A program made the translations under genes and the position numbers. Below the pieces are notes generated by a model. It was not told the origin of the DNA. It worked only from the letters and a program-made list of their open reading frames with translations, and did no database searches. A stretch of 32,000 bases of DNA from Candidatus Iainarchaeum sp. GTDB lineage: Archaea > Iainarchaeota > Iainarchaeia > Iainarchaeales > CSSED10-239. Below are positions 26,106-32,000 of the stretch, in pieces; within the stretch, counting starts at the first letter, position 1; every line of letters begins with the position of its first letter. The DNA is taken from contig JAQVRT010000003.1 of the NCBI GenBank assembly GCA_028700905.1, positions 4,212-36,211 on the forward strand. The letters are read 5' to 3'.

Positions 26106-26212
26106 AAGATATATAATGTTTAGATAAAAATAAAAAGAAAACCTTATAAATTCTTTTAAGTAATAAATATATATTAGAACTTATTTTTAGTTATAAAAAA
26201 TGTGAAATATAT

Positions 26213-27472
26213 ATGAATAAACAAACTGGACTTTCAATTTTATTAATAGTATTAATATTAGGATCTATTGTAGGTATGTCAATTGGGGCAAGACCAGAAA
26301 TAGATACTACATATCAAGATTTTGAAGAAGACTTAAACATACCTTCAGAAATGTATTTAGGAGAAACTGAAGCAATAGTTTCAGAAATGTTTTCAGAATT
26401 AATAATTGCAAGTAAAACAGATGTTTTTGAACAAACAAAAATTGAAAATGATCTAATTGCAATTGAAGGTGTTAAAAGATCAAGTATTCAATTTAATAAA
26501 GATACTCAAGAAGAAATAATATTAATTGCAAAAATTGTAATTGATCCTTTACTTCAAGAAGAAATTATTGCAGAAATTAATAATTTAGAATATTTAACAT
26601 CAGAACCTATTGAAATCTATAAACAAGCAAGAGTTGAAATAAATAATACTGTGAACTTTAGAAAAGGAGAAGATGAAAATAAAACAATTGATTATGATTT
26701 TGTAGATTATATAGTTGACGCAGTTGTAAATGTAAATACTTTAAAGAAAGATAAAATTCAAGGTCAATTACAAGCAAGTTTTAAAGGAGAAGTTTTAGAG
26801 TATGTAATACTTTATGAAACAACAAATCTTACAAGTTCACCTTCTCTTGTTTTTGATGAACAAGAAATAAGTATTATAGAATGGAATGAAAAATATAGGT
26901 ATTCAACAAATACAAATTATTTAAATGAGAATGATGAAAACTCAATTAAAGAAAGCATTCCTGAAATAGAAAAAGTTACAATTGTTCCAGATTATACATT
27001 AGTATATCAAGGACTTGATATAAATATATCTCAAGAAGATTTAAACATTAGCGAAATTGAAGCTATTGATTATAATTTAGATGAAACAAAAATTAGTTTT
27101 ATTGCAGATTATAATCTTAGTAACTATGAAGAAATTAAAGAAAAATTAATTGAAAATGGATTTTTAGAAGAAAATAAAACTAAAGATTTTAAAAAGAAAT
27201 ATTTGCTTGAAAGTTCTGTTGAAATTAATGATATTACAGAAAAAATAACACCATTAGATTTAGAACTTGAAAATATTGAAAAAGAAGCAATTTTAGATGT
27301 TGAAAAAATAACTTTACAAGAAGAAGAATATTCTTATTCTGAAAAAACATATCCCGTATGGCTTAATTATCCAGAAGATGTTAATAAACAAACAATTGTT
27401 TTTAACGTTCAAGCATATGTTACAAGACAAGACATTATGTTTTTAATGTTAGATAAAAAAATAGAAGAATAA
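26213..27472 (+). CDS. hypothetical signal-anchored, highly acidic, Cys-free protein
   Basis: N-terminal hydrophobic segment LSILLIVLILGSIVGMSIGA, then about 390 aa rich in Glu/Asp/Ile/Asn. GTGA lies 7 nt upstream. Confidence 0.5.
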   Translation: MNKQTGLSILLIVLILGSIVGMSIGARPEIDTTYQDFEEDLNIPSEMYLGETEAIVSEMFSELIIASKTDVFEQTKIENDLIAIEGVKRSSIQFNKDTQEEIILIAKIVIDPLLQEEIIAEINNLEYLTSEPIEIYKQARVEINNTVNFRKGEDENKTIDYDFVDYIVDAVVNVNTLKKDKIQGQLQASFKGEVLEYVILYETTNLTSSPSLVFDEQEISIIEWNEKYRYSTNTNYLNENDENSIKESIPEIEKVTIVPDYTLVYQGLDINISQEDLNISEIEAIDYNLDETKISFIADYNLSNYEEIKEKLIENGFLEENKTKDFKKKYLLESSVEINDITEKITPLDLELENIEKEAILDVEKITLQEEEYSYSEKTYPVWLNYPEDVNKQTIVFNVQAYVTRQDIMFLMLDKKIEE

Positions 27473-27486
27473 TTTTGTTTAAAAAA

Positions 27487-27828
27487 TTATTCTGATAATT
27501 TAGATATTGCTTCTGCAATATCTCCTTTAGTTTCTTCCAAAGCATCTTTTGCTTTTTCTTTTGAAACATTAGCAGATTCTGAAACCATATCAATGTCTTC
27601 TTGAGGGATTGATAAAACTTCTTTTGTAGTTACATTTCCTGCAACTTGAAAACTTCTGTTTCCTTGCATAACAATTTCAGTAACTGAAGGATCTATTACT
27701 TCAATAACAGAACCATCTTTAAGTTCGATAATAACTTTAGATGCATCAATTTCATTATTTTCAATACCCATTTGCTTCATTAAAGCATTCATTCTTCTTG
27801 GGTCTATACCATTCATTCCAGGAATCAT
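27487..27828 (-). CDS. nac: nascent polypeptide-associated complex protein (NAC domain plus UBA)
   Basis: DPRRMNALMKQMGI, a NAC beta-barrel segment, and a C-terminal UBA-like KEKAKDALEETKGDIAEAISKL. GAGGT lies 8 nt upstream. Confidence 0.85.
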   Translation of the reverse strand: MIPGMNGIDPRRMNALMKQMGIENNEIDASKVIIELKDGSVIEVIDPSVTEIVMQGNRSFQVAGNVTTKEVLSIPQEDIDMVSESANVSKEKAKDALEETKGDIAEAISKLSE

Positions 27829-27983
27829 TTGTTAAAACCTCTTTAAAATTAATTTATTATAATATAATATATTGTTATAAAAATTAATAAAGGTATTTAT
27901 TTTATTTAAAAGAGTTAAAAAAACAAAAGTTCTTAAAACAAATATAACTATAATATATATTGTATATTTAAAATTGATAACTT

Positions 27984-28616
27984 ATGAAACCAAATACAAA
28001 AAGAATAACCACAGTTAAAGAACTTAGTGAAGCCCTTGATTTAAATTTTTCAGAAAAAGATGAAAAATTATTAAAATATTTTTTAAAAAAGAAAATAATT
28101 CACATAGTTGATAAAAAAATAATTTATCCTGGGATAAGTGAAACTAAAAAAAAACAACATGAAATTGAAAAAAATCTATCTAAATTAGAAAAAGAACTAA
28201 ATTATTGGAAAAATAATAAAAATAAAGTTGAAAGAAATAAAAAACTTGCTCCAATTACAATGTTTCTTAAAAAAAACTATTGGAGACATAAAATTAAAGA
28301 AATTACAAACAAAGAATACAAACAAGATGTTGTTGATTCAAGACTTACTGACAAAGTATTACTTGATCCTGAATACAGTAATTTATTTGAAACATTTCTT
28401 ATAAATCCAGATTATAGAAAAAAACTTAAAGAAACAATTAATACATCAATTGTCTATAAAAACAATAGTATTGGTGGATATAGTGAAAAGAAAAAAGAAT
28501 TTAAAATTAAAACTTCTGAAATGAAAATTGATCAATTAAGAAAACAACTTAAAGAAAGTCAGTTTAAAAAAGAAATGTATGACAAAATTATTGATATTTT
28601 AAAAAAATATTCATAA
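27984..28616 (+). CDS. hypothetical Lys-rich coiled-coil protein
   Basis: Uninterrupted 210-aa ORF with a possible small helix-turn-helix-like N-terminus (TTVKELSEALDLNFSE). No motif confidently recognised. Confidence 0.45.
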   Translation: MKPNTKRITTVKELSEALDLNFSEKDEKLLKYFLKKKIIHIVDKKIIYPGISETKKKQHEIEKNLSKLEKELNYWKNNKNKVERNKKLAPITMFLKKNYWRHKIKEITNKEYKQDVVDSRLTDKVLLDPEYSNLFETFLINPDYRKKLKETINTSIVYKNNSIGGYSEKKKEFKIKTSEMKIDQLRKQLKESQFKKEMYDKIIDILKKYS

Positions 28617-28704
28617 AATATCAAATATAAGCTTATTAAAAATATATATAAAGGTTATATTGTATATATTATATACATATATAATGTCTAAAAAATGAGA
28701 AAAA

Positions 28705-29202
28705 ATGGAAAGACGAAAAATTAGTTTTCTTGGAGATTTAATAATTATCATTATAATTGTGTTTTTTGTATTCTTATTCTTAAATCAATATAATCAAAAT
28801 AATGTTTTAAAAATAGAAAAAATAAATGAAAAATATAATGTTACAAGCAACATATTAGTTCCTGAAGATTCAACAGGATATATTTCTGAAATATCTTTTA
28901 TTTCTCAAAAAGAAATTACAACTCCATTAATTGAATTTATAGAAGTTTCAAAACAAGTATCAGAAATTGAAAGACAGATATATAGAGCATCAGTTATAAG
29001 AGAAGAATGTATTTCAAGAGATTTAAATCTTAAAATAAATGGAATCATATTAAAAATAGAAAAATTAGAAAACGATTTTGAAAAAATAAACACAAAAGAA
29101 TATAAAAAATTAAACATTGATAAATATTTAGAAAACTTAAGCGTTCTTAAAACTAAATATACAACTTATAATTTTGAACTTAAAGATGTTAAAGTTTGTT
29201 AA
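28705..29202 (+). CDS. hypothetical N-terminally anchored membrane protein
   Basis: One TM helix (LGDLIIIIIIVFFVFLFL) followed by a helical, coiled-coil-like domain. No motif recognised. Confidence 0.45.
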   Translation: MERRKISFLGDLIIIIIIVFFVFLFLNQYNQNNVLKIEKINEKYNVTSNILVPEDSTGYISEISFISQKEITTPLIEFIEVSKQVSEIERQIYRASVIREECISRDLNLKINGIILKIEKLENDFEKINTKEYKKLNIDKYLENLSVLKTKYTTYNFELKDVKVC

Positions 29203-29215
29203 AAGTGAAATTTAG

Positions 29216-29785
29216 ATGGAAATTATTGCAAAAGGTGCAGAAGCAACTATTTATAAAACAAAAATGTTTAATAAAGAAGTCTGTATAAAAGAGAGAAATT
29301 CTAAAAAATACAGACATCCTGTCTTAGATACTAAAATCTTAAAAACAAGAAATAAAGAAGAAGCTTTTTTGCTTAAAAAAATAAAAGAAATAGGACTTTT
29401 TAGCCCTTATATATATTCAGTATCAAATAATAAAATAATCATGGAATATATTAAAAATAATAAGAAACATAAAGACAAACTTGAAGAAATTGGAATTGAA
29501 ATTGCAAAATTACATAATAATAACATCATCCATGGTGATTTAAACTTAATAAATATATTAACTAATAACAATAAAGTCTATTTTATTGATTTTGGACTTG
29601 GATATGTTTCTTTAAAGATAGAAGATAAGGCAACTGATCTTTTAGTTTTTAAAAAAACCCTTTTAGCCCTTAAAAAAACAGAAAAACTATGGGAAGGAAT
29701 TAAAAAAGGGTATTTAAAAAAAACAAATAACAAAAATATTATAAAACATATAGAAAATATTGAAAAAAGAGGAAGATATCTTTAA
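29216..29785 (+). CDS. bud32: Bud32 (Kae1-associated kinase, KEOPS subunit)
   Basis: KGAEATIYK glycine-loop equivalent, IHGDLNLINIL catalytic loop, and FIDFGLG. Minimal 189-aa RIO-like kinase. GTGA lies 7 nt upstream. Confidence 0.8.
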   Translation: MEIIAKGAEATIYKTKMFNKEVCIKERNSKKYRHPVLDTKILKTRNKEEAFLLKKIKEIGLFSPYIYSVSNNKIIMEYIKNNKKHKDKLEEIGIEIAKLHNNNIIHGDLNLINILTNNNKVYFIDFGLGYVSLKIEDKATDLLVFKKTLLALKKTEKLWEGIKKGYLKKTNNKNIIKHIENIEKRGRYL

Positions 29786-29908
29786 ACAATAATATATATA
29801 AATACATCGCAATAATAATATATATATTAATACTTTTTATAAAAATATCGCCACAATTTTTATAACAACATAAAAAAAAATTATAAATTAAAAAAAACAT
29901 GATTAAGT

Positions 29909-30307
29909 ATGGTTGAAAAAAAAGAAATTAAAAAAATGGATAAAGATCAAATCTATAAAAAAATAGAAGAATTAACAAAAAAAGGAGAGTCTAATGCAAA
30001 GATTGGACTTGAACTTAAAAAAGAAAATGTTTTAAAAACAAAAAAAGAAACAGGTAAAAGAATTGGAAAAATTCAAAAAGAATTAAACCTTAATAAAGAA
30101 ATACCTGATGATTTAATGGCATTAATTAAAAGAGCTGTTACATTATTAAAACATAATGAAAAAAATAAAAAAGATACCAGAGGAAAACACGGGTATCAAT
30201 TAACTGTTTCTAAAATTAACAGATTAAAAAAATATTATATTAAAGAAGGAATTTTACCAAAAGATTGGAGATATTCTGATCAAAAAGCAAAATTACTTGT
30301 AAGGTAG
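29909..30307 (+). CDS. rps15: 30S ribosomal protein uS15 (S13e type)
   Basis: DDLMALIKRAVTLLKHNEKNKKDTRGKHGYQLTVSKINRLKKYY...LPKDWRY follows the archaeal S15P pattern. Confidence 0.85.
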   Translation: MVEKKEIKKMDKDQIYKKIEELTKKGESNAKIGLELKKENVLKTKKETGKRIGKIQKELNLNKEIPDDLMALIKRAVTLLKHNEKNKKDTRGKHGYQLTVSKINRLKKYYIKEGILPKDWRYSDQKAKLLVR

Positions 30308-30338
30308 TTTTTAACGATTATAAAATGGTGTAATTAAC

Positions 30339-30911
30339 ATGGCTAAAGTAAAAAAGAAAACAGTAGATAATTGGAAAAAGAAAAAATGGTACAATGTAAC
30401 AGCAGATCCTGTATTTGATTCAAAAGAAATTGCAAAAACAGTTGCTTTAGATAGTTCTAAATTAATTGGTAGAACTATTAAAAAATCATTAAATGATTTA
30501 ACATCAAATATTAAAGATTCAGGTTATACTGTAACATTTAAAATTAATAAAGTTACAGGTACAAACGCTGAAACTAAACTTGAAGAACTAAACACTAAAG
30601 TTGCAAATTTAAAAAGAATGATAAGACGTGGAAAATCAAAAATTGAAATTATATTTTTTGTAGAAACTAAAGATAATCAAAAAATAAAATTAAAAGTAAT
30701 GTGTCTTTCAGGAACTAAATTTACAACTGCAACTAGAACTGAAACAAGAAACCTAATTGTAGATTCTTTAACAGAAGATATTAAAGAAAAAACATCTAGA
30801 GAAGTTTGGACAAACATAGTTTATCAAAAATTTTCTGAAAAACTTAAGAAAAAATTAGTAAAATTAGGTTATATAAATAAAGTTTTAGTTCTTAAGGCAA
30901 AAATAATTTAA
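30339..30911 (+). CDS. rps3ae: 30S ribosomal protein eS1 (S3Ae)
   Basis: KKKKWYNVTADPVFDSKEIAKT N-terminal signature of S3Ae. 190 aa. GGTG lies 8 nt upstream. Confidence 0.85.
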   Translation: MAKVKKKTVDNWKKKKWYNVTADPVFDSKEIAKTVALDSSKLIGRTIKKSLNDLTSNIKDSGYTVTFKINKVTGTNAETKLEELNTKVANLKRMIRRGKSKIEIIFFVETKDNQKIKLKVMCLSGTKFTTATRTETRNLIVDSLTEDIKEKTSREVWTNIVYQKFSEKLKKKLVKLGYINKVLVLKAKII

Positions 30912-30920
30912 TGAACTACT

Positions 30921-31610
30921 ATGCTTTTTTTATATTTTCTAGTATTTATTTTGATCGGGATCTTCTTACATCTATTAAGAGGATACGATCTTTTTACTAT
31001 TTCTTTAATTTATGCACTTTTAAGTATAATTCTTTACTTTATTAATATCTATGCAGTTGCATATGTAATTGTATTTTTCGCAATGGCAGAAGGTATAACT
31101 TTAATATTTAATAAAAAACATGAAAAAAGAAATTATTTAAACATTATTGGAAACTGTTCAGCAGCAGTAATATTTGTAATAATTGGTTTTATTTTTGATA
31201 AATTAAACATTTTAGATTATTCATTATTTATTCTTGCAAGTATAGTTTCAATAAATGCTGCTTTTTCAGACACATTTTCTTCAGAGATTGGAAAACTTTC
31301 AAACATAACTCCAAGACTTATAACTAATTTTAAAAAAGTTAAAAAAGGAGAAGATGGAGGAATTACTTTTCTTGGGATCACAGGAGCAATGATTGCATCT
31401 TTTATTTCTGTTGTTTATTTTTATATTGTAGGTTATACTTTTACATTCTTAATAGTTTTATTTATTGGTGGAATATTAGGATCTATTGTTGATAGTTATA
31501 TAGGTGCAACAATTGAGAGAAAAGGTATATTTAATAATAATCAAACTAATTTTCTTGCAACTTTTATAGCTGGTACTTTATCTATTTTAATATATGTTTT
31601 AATTGTTTAA
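30921..31610 (+). CDS. DUF92/TMEM19-family integral membrane protein (COG1836, VTE6-like)
   Basis: Polytopic, with the AAFSDTFSSEIG motif (DUF92 xDTxxSExG) and a GEDGGITFLG segment. Confidence 0.7.
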   Translation: MLFLYFLVFILIGIFLHLLRGYDLFTISLIYALLSIILYFINIYAVAYVIVFFAMAEGITLIFNKKHEKRNYLNIIGNCSAAVIFVIIGFIFDKLNILDYSLFILASIVSINAAFSDTFSSEIGKLSNITPRLITNFKKVKKGEDGGITFLGITGAMIASFISVVYFYIVGYTFTFLIVLFIGGILGSIVDSYIGATIERKGIFNNNQTNFLATFIAGTLSILIYVLIV

Positions 31611-31672
31611 TTTCAATTATACTATTTAATAAAGCTAAATATTTATATAAAGTTTGATAAATAATTAACTAT

Positions 31673-32000
31673 ATGCACCTAGATAAAAAAACAATTAATT
31701 TCATTATTTATTTTACAATAATATACACTTTATTAAGTTTTATATTTCTTAAAACAATTGCAACCCCTTTGATTAATCTATGGGAATATTTAATAAGAAG
31801 TATTTTTGGAGACTTCTTAAATTATGAACCTTTTATTTTTGTACCAATATGCAGCGGAGTAATTAGCATTTCTGTTTATATAGGAATAATAACCTCATCA
31901 AAAATAACATTAAATAAAAATAGTAAAATTAAGTGGATACTTTTGAGTGTCCTTTTGTTATGGTTAGCAAACTTTTTAAGAATACTTTTAGTTTTACTTG
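31673..32000 (+). CDS. exosortase/archaeosortase-family protein, 5' part (runs off the window)
   Basis: My own translation from ATG 31673: MHLDKKTINFIIYFTIIYTLLSFIFLKTIATPLINLWEYLIRSIFGDFLNYEPFIFVPICSGVISISVYIGII...WILLSVLLLWLANFLRILLVLL. It contains the family CSG (active-site Cys) and NxxR motifs in TM helices. It is not in the supplied ORF track because no stop is reached. Confidence 0.6.
   Translation, partial: MHLDKKTINFIIYFTIIYTLLSFIFLKTIATPLINLWEYLIRSIFGDFLNYEPFIFVPICSGVISISVYIGIITSSKITLNKNSKIKWILLSVLLLWLANFLRILLVLL

Noticed and set aside
28650-28680. Short AT-only palindromes and TA-repeat runs in intergenic regions. Examples are TGTATAT-ATT-ATATACA near 28651-28667, and ATATATATATAT at 3341-3352.
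   Set aside because: They are low-complexity TA-rich sequence of the kind expected for archaeal TATA/BRE promoter regions in a very AT-rich genome. They are too short and too frequent to treat as specific elements.
1-32000. tRNA, rRNA, C/D-box sRNA, CRISPR repeats, transposases and integrases.
   Set aside because: No intergenic gap exceeds about 175 bp, and none contains the GC-rich stretch a structured RNA would show in this background. I found no intergenic RUGAUGA...CUGA pairing, no regularly spaced direct repeats, and no recombinase- or transposase-like ORF. This was a visual scan only, and a covariance-model search would be needed to be definitive.

Overview
This is a very AT-rich, extremely gene-dense archaeal chromosome segment. 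I call about 43 protein-coding genes. Non-coding gaps are at most about 175 bp, and many stop/start codons overlap. All calls rest on motif recognition in the supplied translations plus my own reading of the DNA. No database search or computation was run.

Archaeal markers present are Orc1/Cdc6, PriL, RpoK, Rpo11, Pelota, Csl4, eS1, eS17, uS15, NAC, Bud32, EndA, diphthine synthase and SepF. Several proteins are minimal or truncated (half-size Rqc2/NFACT, Csl4 without its N-terminal domain, a mini archaeosortase), and there is a bacterial-type GpmI. Together these suggest a small-genome DPANN-like archaeon, but that is inference.

I found no rRNA, tRNA, CRISPR array, transposase or integrase, and no recognisable defence genes.

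Most of the window is housekeeping. The parts that look accessory or unusual are:
- A compact type IV filament module at 1808-5158. It has a two-gene TadB/TadC-style platform and three tandem pilins, each with exactly four conserved cysteines. No ATPase or prepilin peptidase is encoded alongside.
- A DRG-family GTPase with degenerate G3/G4 motifs, translationally coupled to an Mtq2/HemK-like methyltransferase.
- An operon-like wHTH / NFACT-R (half Rqc2) / Cdc48 string, with Pelota nearby.
- sepF followed directly by an uncharacterised tail-anchored protein with two PepSY-like repeats.
- A block of orphan membrane-anchored, acidic and Lys-rich genes at 26213-29202.
- A DUF92 (VTE6-type polyprenyl-phosphate-kinase-like) gene followed by a mini exosortase/archaeosortase that runs off the window end. 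The ORF track does not list this gene.

The DNA also shows a consistent two-mode initiation pattern. Internal genes carry a (G)GTGA Shine-Dalgarno-like core 5-8 nt upstream of the start. First genes of transcription units look leaderless. None of these candidates is proven to be a new system. I rank them but cannot confirm any from sequence alone.
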